A DNA stretch of 64,000 nucleotides from a virus: IMG/VR virus record IMGVR_UViG_3300045988_151198; one strand, given 5' to 3'. How positions within the stretch are numbered: position 1 is the first letter of the stretch; each line of letters starts with the position of its first letter. Under the pieces are notes generated by a model, which had not been told where the DNA came from, ran no database searches, and was given only the letters and a program-made list of their open reading frames with translations. Of this stretch, positions 35,973-46,288 are shown in pieces. The translations under genes were made by a program, and so were the position numbers.

Positions 35973-36428
35973 ATGAGCAATCACGTTATCAACTTCAAGC
36001 GTTTTCATGAAAATGCCAGTATGCCCCTCCGTGGAACCGATTGGTCTGCTGGATATGACCTTCATGCGGTCACCTGCGATATTGATTGGGATAAAGGGCT
36101 TGTTACCTATGGAACCGGAATCGGTATGGAAATCCCTGCGGGGTACGTGGGCCTCGTATTTCCTCGGTCTTCTGTATTCAAGAAGGAAATGACACTCTCT
36201 AATTGCGTAGGCGTCATTGACTCCGATTATCGCGGAGAGATCAAGGCTGTCTTCCGTATTCCCAAGAATTACTTCCAAGATCCTAGCCTTGCGAATAAAA
36301 TTTATGTAACGGGCGACCGGATTTGCCAGATTGTCATTGTTCCGTATCTTCCTGTCGATTGGGTGGAGACTGAGGAGCTTTCCACAACCGTTCGAGGCAC
36401 TGGCGGGTTTGGCAGCACTGGTGTGTAA
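35973..36428 (+). CDS. dut: dUTP pyrophosphatase (dUTPase)
   Basis: Motifs AGYDL, VFPRSS, IDSDYRGEI, GDRICQ, RGTGGFGSTG. Confidence 0.85.
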   Translation: MSNHVINFKRFHENASMPLRGTDWSAGYDLHAVTCDIDWDKGLVTYGTGIGMEIPAGYVGLVFPRSSVFKKEMTLSNCVGVIDSDYRGEIKAVFRIPKNYFQDPSLANKIYVTGDRICQIVIVPYLPVDWVETEELSTTVRGTGGFGSTGV

Positions 36429-36488
36429 ATAGAAAATTGGGAAGGGGGGCTTAAAGCCCCCTTAAACTAAAATTATATGGAGATAAAT

Positions 36489-38672
36489 ATGGGAAAGAAG
36501 CCTAACATGATTATTAAGCGTGATGGTTCTAAAGTTCTTTTTGATCCTAAAAAGATTGAACTTGCTATTACTAAAGCTCTTATTTCGGAAGGGGTAGCTT
36601 CTATTTTTACTGGAACTGCTCACGCTATTGCTGAATCTTTTGAAAGTGAAAATGAAACTCCAACGATTAAAGAAATTGAAGAATATGTTTTTAAGAGCCT
36701 TTGCGAGGCCGGGCTTCCTCTTGTAGCAAAAGCCTACGAAGGTTACCGGAGTATTCGAGAATTTCAACGCTCTGATCAATTTACCGATGAATCCATCCTT
36801 TCTATTGTAGCCGGAGGAACGGATGAGGACCTTCGAGATGAGAATAGTAATAAGAATGTCGCTACAGCGTCTACGCAACGAGACATGATCGCTGGTGAGG
36901 CTTCAAAAGATATTGCTATGCGGCACATGCTTCCCCCTCATGTTGTACAGGCTCATAAAGACGGGCTTATTCACTTTCATGATTTGGATTATGCTGTGCA
37001 GCGAATTTTTAACTGTTGTCTTGTTGATTTGCGTGGTCCATTTAAGGACGGAACCGTTATTAATAAGAAGATGATTGAGACTCCTAAGTCGTTCAGGACA
37101 GCCTGTACAGTCGCTACGCAGATCGTCCAACAGGTAGCGTGTGGACAATATGGTGGTCAGACTATTTCCCTCGCGCATCTCGCTCCGTATGTTAGGGTAA
37201 GTTACGAAAAGATTAAAAACCAAGTTAGGGAAGAACTTTTTGGGGATGATGTCCCTCTTGCGTCTCCCACTAAGCTTTGCGGGAATCGAGAAGTTGAGCA
37301 TATTGCCAAGAAGCGGCTTCGCAAAGAAATTGAAGATGGTTTACAGACTATTCAATATCAGGTGAACACTTTTTCGACAAGCAATGGGCAAGCTCCGTTC
37401 CTTAGTATTTTCATGTATCTGAATGAAGATCCTGAATATATTGAAGAGACGGCAATGCTTATCGAAGAGATGATTAAGCAGCGGTATATTGGGATGAAGA
37501 ATGAAGCCGGAGTGTATGTTACCCCCGCGTTTCCTAAACTCCTGTATGTGCTTGATGAAAATAATGTTCCTAAAGATAGTAAGTATCGGTATCTGACAGA
37601 TCTAGCAGTGAAATGCGTAGCTAGGCGTATGATGCCGGACTTCATTTCCGCAAAAAAGATGAAAGAAAATTATGAAGATGTTTTCCCCTGCATGGGATGC
37701 CGTTCTTTTCTTTCTCAATATAGAGATAAAGATGGTAAGCTGAAATGGTATAATAGATTCAATCAGGGCGTGGTAACTTTGAACCTTGCGGATGCAGGAC
37801 TTTCCGCAGGTGGTAATATTGATGCTTTCTGGAAAATCCTTGACGAGCGCCTTGAATTGGTTCATGATGGCCTCATGTGCAAACATAAGAGCCTTCTTGG
37901 TACGAAGGCCGAAAAGTCTCCTATTCATTGGCAGCATGGAGTTATCGCTCGCCTTAAAAAAGATGATGTAATTGACCCATATTTGAAAGATGGGTATTCA
38001 ACTTTGTCTCTCGGATACATTGGGCTCCATGAATGCGTTCTTGCTCTTATCGGAGAATCACATACTACGGAACGTGGAGAAGAACTTGCTGTACGTATTA
38101 TGCGTAGATTGAGAAAAGCTTGCGATGATTGGCGTGCAGAATCCGGTCTTGGATTCAGCTTGTACGGATCGCCTTCTGAATCTACGACTTATCGTCTTGC
38201 ACAGACAACTCAGAAGCGATTTGGAGTGGTTAAGGGAATTACTGACCGAGATTATTTGACAAATTCATACCATGTTGATGTAACCGAAAAGATTAACGCA
38301 TTTGATAAACTTCGTTTTGAATCTCAATTTCAGAAAATTTCTTCTGGCGGCTGCATCAGCTATGTGGAAGTTCCGAATTTGGAGCAGAATCTCGAAGTGA
38401 TTGATCAATTGGTTTCTTATATGTATGAAACTATTCAGTACGCTGAGATCAATACCAAATCGGACTATTGCGCTAAATGTGGATTTCGAGGAGAAATCAA
38501 ACTGAATAATAATCTTGACTGGGAATGTCCTCAGTGCCATACGGTCAATCGAGATGATCTTACTGTTTGCCGTAGAACTTGTGGCTACTTGGGTGATAAT
38601 TTTTGGAACAAGGGACGAACCGAGGAAATCGGTGCCCGAGTATTGCATGTTGACAATGAAGACTTGAGCTGA
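36489..38672 (+). CDS. nrdD: anaerobic ribonucleoside-triphosphate reductase (class III RNR)
   Basis: N-terminal ATP-cone (IIKRDGSKVLFDPKKI); C-terminal Zn ribbon CAKCGF...CPQCH and glycyl-radical motif RTCGYLG. Confidence 0.85.
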   Translation: MGKKPNMIIKRDGSKVLFDPKKIELAITKALISEGVASIFTGTAHAIAESFESENETPTIKEIEEYVFKSLCEAGLPLVAKAYEGYRSIREFQRSDQFTDESILSIVAGGTDEDLRDENSNKNVATASTQRDMIAGEASKDIAMRHMLPPHVVQAHKDGLIHFHDLDYAVQRIFNCCLVDLRGPFKDGTVINKKMIETPKSFRTACTVATQIVQQVACGQYGGQTISLAHLAPYVRVSYEKIKNQVREELFGDDVPLASPTKLCGNREVEHIAKKRLRKEIEDGLQTIQYQVNTFSTSNGQAPFLSIFMYLNEDPEYIEETAMLIEEMIKQRYIGMKNEAGVYVTPAFPKLLYVLDENNVPKDSKYRYLTDLAVKCVARRMMPDFISAKKMKENYEDVFPCMGCRSFLSQYRDKDGKLKWYNRFNQGVVTLNLADAGLSAGGNIDAFWKILDERLELVHDGLMCKHKSLLGTKAEKSPIHWQHGVIARLKKDDVIDPYLKDGYSTLSLGYIGLHECVLALIGESHTTERGEELAVRIMRRLRKACDDWRAESGLGFSLYGSPSESTTYRLAQTTQKRFGVVKGITDRDYLTNSYHVDVTEKINAFDKLRFESQFQKISSGGCISYVEVPNLEQNLEVIDQLVSYMYETIQYAEINTKSDYCAKCGFRGEIKLNNNLDWECPQCHTVNRDDLTVCRRTCGYLGDNFWNKGRTEEIGARVLHVDNEDLS

Positions 38673-38732
38673 TAGACATAGGGCCTGTAAGTAAAATATA
38701 TTTACAGGCCCTTACTAAATAAAGGAGGATCT

Positions 38733-39017
38733 ATGGAGTTTACGAATCGAGAAGGTGCGGTAGTTTCCGCATTTACTGGATTTCTGATGGGTGCATGGAG
38801 TGAATACCATTCTTATGTTGAGGAACTTTTTGGGCGGCCCGTAACCCCCGCAGAAATGTGTGACCCTGATTTTAGAAAGGAGCTTAGAGAAAAAGCCCGT
38901 CCAGATTATACTGCTATTTGTGATACGCTCTATGGAGAATGGCTTAATAGCGAAAAATGTAAGAAGGAAATAGAGGCGTGTTTAAAGAAAGTAGATGATA
39001 TTTTTAAGGAGGTGTAA
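38733..39017 (+). CDS. hypothetical protein (94 aa)
   Basis: ORF with RBS AAAGGAGGATCT. Confidence 0.4.
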   Translation: MEFTNREGAVVSAFTGFLMGAWSEYHSYVEELFGRPVTPAEMCDPDFRKELREKARPDYTAICDTLYGEWLNSEKCKKEIEACLKKVDDIFKEV

Positions 39018-39019
39018 TA

Positions 39020-39490
39020 ATGAGCGAGCTATATCAAACTATTATAGAAATACCTAAATTCACACTGTTCATCCCTACCGAAAAACGCCCCATCCATAGA
39101 ATTGTTCTTGGAACTCATAGATGCAGAATTGTGGATATTGGGGATGACGCCTTTCCTATCGAGGATGGAACTCTTTCTTTTGCAAATGGTCTTAACCTTT
39201 TTCGGGTTAAGGGACGCTATTCTCAATATGATCTTCTTTTTAAGGAGCAAATACCAGAAGAAGAAATTGATAAATACGATAAGGATGATTCTGAAATCTA
39301 TTATGCTCGTAAGCATTGGTTTTCAAATAAGAAAGTGGCGTATGGGGATGGATGGTGCAAGTTAAAAGAAAAAAGGGAAATTGATATAATTTTCAAAGCT
39401 CCTTTGCATCTTAGTATAGCCCTCATTCCTTTGGAGCAGCGAGAAGAGCTTTGGGAAGATTTGATTAAGAAAGGAGCCGTATGTATATGA
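39020..39490 (+). CDS. hypothetical protein (156 aa)
   Basis: ORF with RBS AAGGAGG; its stop overlaps the next start. Confidence 0.4.
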   Translation: MSELYQTIIEIPKFTLFIPTEKRPIHRIVLGTHRCRIVDIGDDAFPIEDGTLSFANGLNLFRVKGRYSQYDLLFKEQIPEEEIDKYDKDDSEIYYARKHWFSNKKVAYGDGWCKLKEKREIDIIFKAPLHLSIALIPLEQREELWEDLIKKGAVCI

Positions 39491-40041
39491 AGGATACTAA
39501 AGTTATCAATCTTTATGGAGGCCCCGGATGCGGGAAAAGTACCGGAGCCGCCCATATATTCTCGGAGCTAAAGCTGTGTGGGATTTCTTGCGAGCTTGTA
39601 ACTGAGTTTGCTAAAGATTGTGTATGGGACAATAGCGTCGACCTACTGAATGATCAATTGCTCGTTACTGCGCAGCAATGGCATCGAGTAGATAGGCTTC
39701 TTGGAAAAGTTGATTATGTTATTACGGACTCGCCTATCCTGATTGGACTGGCATATATCGCTCCTAGGTCTTATTACTCCGCGCCTTTGACAAATCTAAT
39801 TTTAAACCTTCATCAGTCTGCAAAAACAATAGATGTTCTTGTAAAAAGGGTTAAAAAATATTCCTCGACAGGTAGAATTCAAACGGAAACGGAAGCAAAA
39901 GAGAAAGATTCTATCATCAAAGAGATTTTTGATAAGTATACTAACTTGTCTTCTCAATTCTATATTGTTGGAGATGAGGATGGCTATAATGCTGTAATCG
40001 ACCTAATTCTTTTTAACCATAAAGGAAAGAGAAATAATTAA
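39481..40041 (+). CDS. P-loop NTPase, putative (deoxy)nucleoside monophosphate kinase
   Basis: Walker A LYGGPGCGKST in a 186-aa protein located within the nucleotide-metabolism cluster. Confidence 0.45.
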   Translation: MYMKDTKVINLYGGPGCGKSTGAAHIFSELKLCGISCELVTEFAKDCVWDNSVDLLNDQLLVTAQQWHRVDRLLGKVDYVITDSPILIGLAYIAPRSYYSAPLTNLILNLHQSAKTIDVLVKRVKKYSSTGRIQTETEAKEKDSIIKEIFDKYTNLSSQFYIVGDEDGYNAVIDLILFNHKGKRNN

Positions 40042-40544
40042 TGAGATATGCAAAAATTCGTCTTATGGACATAGCGAATGGCCCCGGCATTAGAGTAAGT
40101 ATTTATTTTCAAGGTTGTAGCCATCATTGTAAAAATTGTTTTAATCCAGAAACGTGGCCTTTTTACGAGGGCTCCGAATTTAGAGAACCTGAGATTAAAG
40201 CTGTTATTGAGGCGGCAAAAGAACCATTTATTAAAGGTCTTTCAATACTCGGAGGAGAACCTTTCCAACAAAACCACGAAGACCTTGCGGAATTTATTCA
40301 AAGATTTAAATGGGAAGTTAATAAGCCCATCTGGATCTGGACCGGATATAAGTTTGAGGATTTGGTTAAACATTCATTTTTGCGCGATAAAGTGCTTTCT
40401 GAGGTCATAACCGTTGTCGACGGAACATTTATTGATTCCCTAAAAGACCCAAATCTTAAATTCAGGGGGAGCAGCAATCAGCGTATCATTGATGTTCAAA
40501 AATCGTTGAAAGAAAATAAAGTAATCACCTATTCCGAATATTGA
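40041..40544 (+). CDS. nrdG: anaerobic RNR activating protein (radical SAM)
   Basis: CSHHCKNC (C-x3-C-x2-C) radical-SAM cluster motif; 167 aa. Confidence 0.8.
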   Translation: MRYAKIRLMDIANGPGIRVSIYFQGCSHHCKNCFNPETWPFYEGSEFREPEIKAVIEAAKEPFIKGLSILGGEPFQQNHEDLAEFIQRFKWEVNKPIWIWTGYKFEDLVKHSFLRDKVLSEVITVVDGTFIDSLKDPNLKFRGSSNQRIIDVQKSLKENKVITYSEY

Positions 40545-40564
40545 TATAAATAAAAATTAATAAT

Positions 40565-40590
40565 GGGGCGTATTTACGCCCCATATTTTT
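40565..40590 (+). terminator. rho-independent terminator GGGGCGTATTTACGCCCC followed by a T-run
   Basis: Direct reading after the nrdG stop. Confidence 0.7.
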
Positions 40591-40594
40591 CCTA

Positions 40595-40648
40595 TTTTAC
40601 AATTTTGTCAATTTTTTACTTGACAAAGGAAAATATATGTCGTATAGG
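40595..40648 (+). promoter_or_regulatory. upstream region of the portal gene: second copy of the 17-mer TTTTACAATTTTGTCAA, the palindrome TTGTCAA-N8-TTGACAA, and a candidate promoter TTGACA-N17-TATAGG
   Basis: Direct reading; TTGACA at 40620..40625, TATAGG at 40643..40648. Confidence 0.45.
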
Positions 40649-40683
40649 ACGTAGTAGTAAATTTTTACCGTAGGGCAGGTACT

Positions 40684-42012
40684 ATGGGTTTTTTAAATAT
40701 TTTCAATAACTTCCGAAAAAAGGATTCAGAATATAAATCGAATATGGATGATTCGTTCTTAAATTCGATTTCTGTTTCCGATTCCGGTACTCCCGTTACC
40801 ACACGGACAGCACTTGATTGTTCTGTCGTCTTGGCTTGTGTTTCCGTTATTTCCAATGGTATCGCTCAGGTTCCTTTTCGTTTGTATCAAAAAAAGGGAA
40901 ATACTAGAAAGCCAGCGGAAAATCATCCATTGTATTGGCTTTTTGAGGAAGGCCCAAATCCATATCAAAGCCAATTTGAATTTCGGGAGACTCTCGGCTT
41001 GCATCTCGCGCTGACTGGAGAGGCTTTCGTTTGGCTTGTAAGAGTACGTGGAGAGATTAAGGAGATGTATCCTTTCCCTCCCGGCATGGTTAATGTTCAG
41101 ATGGATGAATCTGATTCTCTTGGGCTTCGGTCAAAATATTTTGTAACGACCGAAAACGGGCGATATATTGAAATTCCTGAAAAGGATATGTGGCATTTGA
41201 AGTGGAGGGGGTACGATGTTATTCGTGGACTGTCTCCTGTCAAACTGGCAAAAAATGCTATTGGTCTTTCTTTGTCTTCGGATAAATATCTTGGAACATC
41301 TTTAAAGAATGGAGTTAAACCTTCCGGAATTCTTACCGCAGTAAATGACTTGACAGAGGAACAGAGAAAGCGTATTCGTGAGACGTGGGAGAGAGAATAT
41401 AGCGGTTCAAGAAATGCCAATAAGACAATTATCTTGAGCAACGATTTTCGATATCAGCAGATGTCCATGACTAATCAGGACGCTCAGTTTGTTGAGAATC
41501 GTCAATTCCAAGTTGCGGATCTTTGTCGAAATTGGGGAGTGATGCCAATCATGGTCTTTGATTATATGAAGACCACAACGTACGCATCTTCCGAACAGCT
41601 TTTCTTACAGCATAAAATTCATACGCTTGATCCGTGGTATCGGCGTATTGAAACGAGTGCTAATAAATTCTTGCTCACAGAAGAACAGCGTAGAAAGGAA
41701 GGTCTGTATTTCAAGTTCATGGATGATGGATTGCTTCGTGGCGACGCAAAAAGCCGTGCCGAAGTTTATCGTACTGCCATCAATTCCGGATATATGACTC
41801 CTAACGAAGTTCGAGCCCTGTCTGAAATGAATCCCGTCAAGGGCGGCGATGAGCTATTTATGCAGGGGGCTATGAGGACTGTAGAATCCATTGTTAAGGA
41901 AGCGGACGTAATGGACGCGCAGATTCCTCAATCAGGTAGTACAATTCCGAAAAAACCTAAAAACGGAGAGACGAACAATGGCGATCAACGGAATGACGAA
42001 GACAATGAGTAA
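40684..42012 (+). CDS. portal protein (HK97 family)
   Basis: 442 aa; position immediately upstream of the prohead protease and major capsid; typical size and Phage_portal layout. Confidence 0.75.
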   Translation: MGFLNIFNNFRKKDSEYKSNMDDSFLNSISVSDSGTPVTTRTALDCSVVLACVSVISNGIAQVPFRLYQKKGNTRKPAENHPLYWLFEEGPNPYQSQFEFRETLGLHLALTGEAFVWLVRVRGEIKEMYPFPPGMVNVQMDESDSLGLRSKYFVTTENGRYIEIPEKDMWHLKWRGYDVIRGLSPVKLAKNAIGLSLSSDKYLGTSLKNGVKPSGILTAVNDLTEEQRKRIRETWEREYSGSRNANKTIILSNDFRYQQMSMTNQDAQFVENRQFQVADLCRNWGVMPIMVFDYMKTTTYASSEQLFLQHKIHTLDPWYRRIETSANKFLLTEEQRRKEGLYFKFMDDGLLRGDAKSRAEVYRTAINSGYMTPNEVRALSEMNPVKGGDELFMQGAMRTVESIVKEADVMDAQIPQSGSTIPKKPKNGETNNGDQRNDEDNE

Positions 42013-42181
42013 AGATCAAGCCACCCTTTCTAAGCTTATTTATTTCAAGAAACGTGATTTGGATTGGGTAGAGGAGCTTTTGCGGCAAGGCGTCGACCCA
42101 ACCTGTACTGAATATGAACTCATTAAAAAAGAGTTGGCGGAACTGGAGAGCGAATTTAAAGGAAATTCGGAGAAAAAATAA
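41978..42181 (+). CDS. small protein (hypothetical), overlaps the portal 3' end
   Basis: 67 aa with a coiled-coil-like C-terminus. Confidence 0.3.
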   Translation: MAINGMTKTMSKDQATLSKLIYFKKRDLDWVEELLRQGVDPTCTEYELIKKELAELESEFKGNSEKK

Positions 42182-43119
42182 TGACAGTTGAAACGAAACA
42201 TTTTTGCCCTTTTAGTGATCTTGAATGTAAAAGTGATGACGGAGATCAATATACATTTTCCGGATATCTCGCCGTTTGCAATAATGTCGACCAAGGTATG
42301 GACGTTATCATGCCCGGCGCATTTAAAGACACTCTCCGAGAATGGAAAAATAAGGGGCATTATCCTCCAATGCTAAAGCAGCATGGCGGCATGAAACTTA
42401 CCGCTGATGATCTTGAGCCTATTGGAAAATGGACGCTTATGCGTGAGGATGAAAAGGGCCTTTATGTAGAAGGGAAACTTTTCAGTACCACGTCTGGCAA
42501 AGATATGTGGACAGTCTTGAAAGAATCAGACCCCGGTTCTATGGGCATGAGCATTGGCTATCAAGCCAGAGATTATAAATATGTGGAAGGAAAGAAATAC
42601 GGTCGGAAATTTTCCGCATATACTGTCCGAGAATTAAATAAAGTACATCTTATTGAAGGGTCTGTGGTGACGTTTCCCATGAATACGGAAGCTACTATTG
42701 ACGCGGTGAAAAATATCGGCACTCTGCGAGATGCCGAACAATTCCTCCGTGAAAAAGGTTTTTCTAATAAGGAAGCCAAAGATATCGTTGTTCAGCTTAA
42801 ATCCATTATCTCCGCTGATATTGATGCGGAAATCAAAGGAATTAAACAGCCGGAAGAATCTAAGGAGACTCATGAAGAACCCAAGGGCATCCAAGAGGAA
42901 TCCGTAAATATTTCCGAAGAGTCGAATGAGCCCGAAAACAATACTCCCGAAAATAACGCCGAAGATAAAACGAAAGGCGAAACTGTTTCTGAAAATACAG
43001 AAGAAGCTAAAATGGACGAAGAACTTTCTGCATGGCTTGATGAGGTTATTGCTGCCAAACGTAAAGAAAATGCAGAAAGGGAAGCTCTGGAAGCCTTGGA
43101 AGCATTGTTTAAAAAATAA
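42181..43119 (+). CDS. prohead protease (HK97 / S78 family) with an acidic C-terminal extension
   Basis: N-terminal GYLAVCNNVDQGMDVIMPGAFKDTL...KMLKQH is typical of HK97-type prohead proteases. Confidence 0.75.
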   Translation: MTVETKHFCPFSDLECKSDDGDQYTFSGYLAVCNNVDQGMDVIMPGAFKDTLREWKNKGHYPPMLKQHGGMKLTADDLEPIGKWTLMREDEKGLYVEGKLFSTTSGKDMWTVLKESDPGSMGMSIGYQARDYKYVEGKKYGRKFSAYTVRELNKVHLIEGSVVTFPMNTEATIDAVKNIGTLRDAEQFLREKGFSNKEAKDIVVQLKSIISADIDAEIKGIKQPEESKETHEEPKGIQEESVNISEESNEPENNTPENNAEDKTKGETVSENTEEAKMDEELSAWLDEVIAAKRKENAEREALEALEALFKK

Positions 43120-43145
43120 TTTTTAATAAAAAATATGACTGATTA

Positions 43146-43184
43146 TTACGCCGTTTTCTTAATTGAGACGGCGTAATTTTTTTG
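43146..43184 (+). terminator. rho-independent terminator TTACGCCGT...ACGGCGTAA + T9
   Basis: Direct reading after the protease gene. Confidence 0.65.
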
Positions 43185-43330
43185 TTCTTTTTAAAAAAGG
43201 GGTTGACAAAAATGTAAAAATATGATTTACACTATCAAAGTCAATATTGGCAATGCCTCAGTTCGGGATGAATGGGAGGTACTTTTTACTTTATCTATTT
43301 TAAAAATCTCGAAAAGAGGAAGTGTTTTTA

Positions 43331-44631
43331 TGGCTGAAAATACTATTATCGACAAGATCAATGCACTTTGGGAGGAGCAGAAGGCTGCTCTCGACAAGCG
43401 TGATGAACTCCTGAAAAAGGATAGCTCTGCCGCTATTTCCGATCTCAAAGAAATGCTTGCTAAACAGGACGAAGACTTTAAGAAGTATAAGGCTGAGGCG
43501 GACGAAGAGATTAAGCGTCTCAAGATTTCAAGCGCCCCCTCTGGTGATCCGAAGACTCGTGAAGATATGGTTAAGTCCGCTTTCTTCCGTACCGTCCACA
43601 AGACCAATTATCAGGATCTTCCCGAGGAATCAAAGTCAGCTCTTATTGAAGCTGAAATGCGCGCCGCGAAAGCTTATGGCCTTCCCAAGTCAGAAACGGA
43701 AATGAAGACCCTCCTGTCTGGTATTGATACCTATGGTGGCATTTTCGTCCCTGTGGAAGTCGAACGTGATATCCTGAAACTCGCTCGTGATGACTCTGCG
43801 ATTTATCGTCTTGCTGAAAAGAAGACTACGGGTACGTCAAGCTATGAACGTCCTGTCCGTCTTTCCGAATCATCTGCTGTGTGGACTGGTGAAGTCGAAA
43901 CGCGCCGCGAAACCAAGACTCCGGATTACGGTCAGCTCAAGTGGGATGTCCATACGCTCATGGCGAAGCCTACTTTGTCTTCCGAACTCATCGAAGACTC
44001 TTATGTTGATATTGAAGCCGAACTCATGGACAGTACTCGTATCGCCTTCGGTGAAACGATTGCTCATGCCCATGTGTGGGGCAATGGCGTGAAGAAGCCT
44101 TTCGGCATTCTTGCCTATCCCGTTGCCGAACAGACTGGCAAGGCTGGTGTTGATTGGGGCAAGCTCGGTTTTGCTAAGACTGGCAAGTCTGGTGCGTTCC
44201 TTCCTTACGATTCTGCCTCTAAGGATAAAGGCCCCGCCGATTGCCTTATCGATATGACCACCTTCCTGAAACGTGGTTATCGTCAGGGCGCTAACTGGTT
44301 GATGAACTCCTTTACCGAGTCCTCCGTGCGTAAGCTCAAGGATAACGATGGTAACTATCTGTGGCAGCCGTCCTTGCAGATGGGCAAGCCGAACACCCTG
44401 CTCGGCTACAACATCGAAATTGACGAAAATATGCCCGACATTGAAGCCAATGCTTTCTCTATAGCCTTCGGCAACTTCCGTAAGGGATATCTTGTTGTCG
44501 AACGTCGCGGTATGCGTATCCAGCGAGACACCGTGACCAAGGCCCCTCTCGTTATCTTCAACATTGACCTGCGTACTGGCGGCGGCATTCAGAACTTTGA
44601 AGCGATTAAGCTGCTCAAGTTCGCGGCCTAA
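43331..44631 (+). CDS. major capsid protein (HK97 fold) with an N-terminal coiled-coil delta/scaffold domain
   Basis: 433 aa; N-terminal about 100 aa predicted coiled coil; follows the protease; RBS GAGGAAG. Confidence 0.8.
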
Positions 44632-44651
44632 GCAAAAAAGGAGAAATCATT

Positions 44652-45002
44652 ATGGCTATGAAAGATCTTGCATCTCATATGAAGGTGGTCCCGGTTACTT
44701 CGGGAACTCCCATTGACATTCAGGGGTTCAATTCCGTTACTTTCGTGCTCGAAGGTGACGGCACCAATGAAGCTTCGCTTGCTATTACGCATGGCGACAC
44801 GGATTCTACCGCTACCGAGGAACTTGAACCTCTGGACCTCACTAAACCCATTGCGGAAGTGAAAGTCACTGCGTCCGCCAAGAGTGCTAAAGTCGGTTAC
44901 ATCGGTAGCCGCCAGTTCGTGAAGGTTGAAGTTACTAAGTCCGCTGGCACCCCGACCGTTCATGCGGTCCTGATGCGTGCCGACCTCGTTCCGGTGGAGT
45001 AA
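44652..45002 (+). CDS. hypothetical head protein (possibly decoration)
   Basis: 116 aa beta-rich protein directly after the capsid gene. Confidence 0.35.
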   Translation: MAMKDLASHMKVVPVTSGTPIDIQGFNSVTFVLEGDGTNEASLAITHGDTDSTATEELEPLDLTKPIAEVKVTASAKSAKVGYIGSRQFVKVEVTKSAGTPTVHAVLMRADLVPVE

Positions 45003-45008
45003 TCCCCT

Positions 45009-45320
45009 ATGGCTATCAACGAAGCGATTACCAGCGTAGCATCTCCTGTAGAAGTCTCCGCTGATGAAACCCCGAAGTCTTCCGCGAAGCCTAAATCATC
45101 AAAAGAAATTGTGAGTGGGGCGGATACCGCCCCCTCCGTTTCAGAAGATGTTATGGGTATCGTAGAGGACCTGAAAAAGGCCGGGCTTGATGAACGACTT
45201 AAAAGGGAAAATCTGACTATCGTTGCTTTTGTCGGTGGTCGTTCCGGTTTCGGTTCCGCCGAGATTGTTCTTACCGAGCTTGCCGATAAAGTAAAGCATA
45301 AAATCAACGAAGGGAAATAG
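45009..45320 (+). CDS. hypothetical protein (103 aa)
   Basis: ORF only. Confidence 0.35.
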   Translation: MAINEAITSVASPVEVSADETPKSSAKPKSSKEIVSGADTAPSVSEDVMGIVEDLKKAGLDERLKRENLTIVAFVGGRSGFGSAEIVLTELADKVKHKINEGK

Positions 45321-45325
45321 ACGAT

Positions 45326-46288
45326 ATGAGTCTTGACATGACCATTGCCCCTAAATGCTATCCTGTTTCTGTGGAAGAGGTTAAGCAGCATTTGAGGCTG
45401 AATACCACAACTGCGGAAGAAGATTTTTATATTGAAAATCTTATAGCTTCCGCTACGACTCACGCGGAACAGAAGACCGGGCGAGTTTTTGTAGATTCAG
45501 AATGGTCGTGGACTCCCTCCGAAAAAGAGATGAATGGGTCTGCGGTTCCTCTCCCCGTGGTTCCCGTTACATCCGTAGAAGTGTTTGACTCTTCGGGTCA
45601 GCCTGTCTCTCCTGACCTGTATACCGTTGAATACCCTGCGTTGTCGCCGCAAGGAAATCCGCTTATTGGATCTCTCTCCCCTTTGAGCGGATTTCCCCTC
45701 AATCCAAAAATTGTTCTTCGCGCTGGATATACGGTAGAAGAAAAATTGGAAAAAATTGTAACTAACGAATCTCCTTTCATTGAACCAGCTAAAACCGGAT
45801 TCACTGAATCTAGTGTTATTCTCGTATTCAATCGACCCATTATGGGCGATGCAAAACCAGAAAATTTTCAAATCTATGATTCCGTTGGAAACAACGTACC
45901 CGTGCTTGCCATTTTTGTCAAGGATGATGTTGTAGAAATTCAGACTACGGAAGCATCAATTGTAAAAGGTGCATCCCTCATCATAAATTATGCTGGTGGT
46001 TTCATTCACGATGAATTTCATAATTATGTAGATGCCCAATCTGTAAAGCTTCCTCCTATCACGGAAATTCCGAAATTACATATTTCGCCTGATGCGATCC
46101 CAACTCAAAAAGTTTTTGTAAGCAATTGTCCTCATCCTTTGAAACAATGGATTATGGTTCGTACAGGAACGCTCTTTCAGCAAAGGTCTGAAATAGCCCT
46201 TCGTGCTGGCAAATCTAACGACGCATTATTTCCAAGCAATTTTATAGATAATATATTGGACACATTTAAAATTATAGGATTTGTTTGA
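45326..46288 (+). CDS. head-tail connector protein (gp6-like DNA-packaging / QLRG family)
   Basis: N-terminal VSVEEVKQHLRLNTTTAEEDFYIENLIASATTHAEQKTGRVF matches head-tail connector proteins. Confidence 0.55.
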   Translation: MSLDMTIAPKCYPVSVEEVKQHLRLNTTTAEEDFYIENLIASATTHAEQKTGRVFVDSEWSWTPSEKEMNGSAVPLPVVPVTSVEVFDSSGQPVSPDLYTVEYPALSPQGNPLIGSLSPLSGFPLNPKIVLRAGYTVEEKLEKIVTNESPFIEPAKTGFTESSVILVFNRPIMGDAKPENFQIYDSVGNNVPVLAIFVKDDVVEIQTTEASIVKGASLIINYAGGFIHDEFHNYVDAQSVKLPPITEIPKLHISPDAIPTQKVFVSNCPHPLKQWIMVRTGTLFQQRSEIALRAGKSNDALFPSNFIDNILDTFKIIGFV

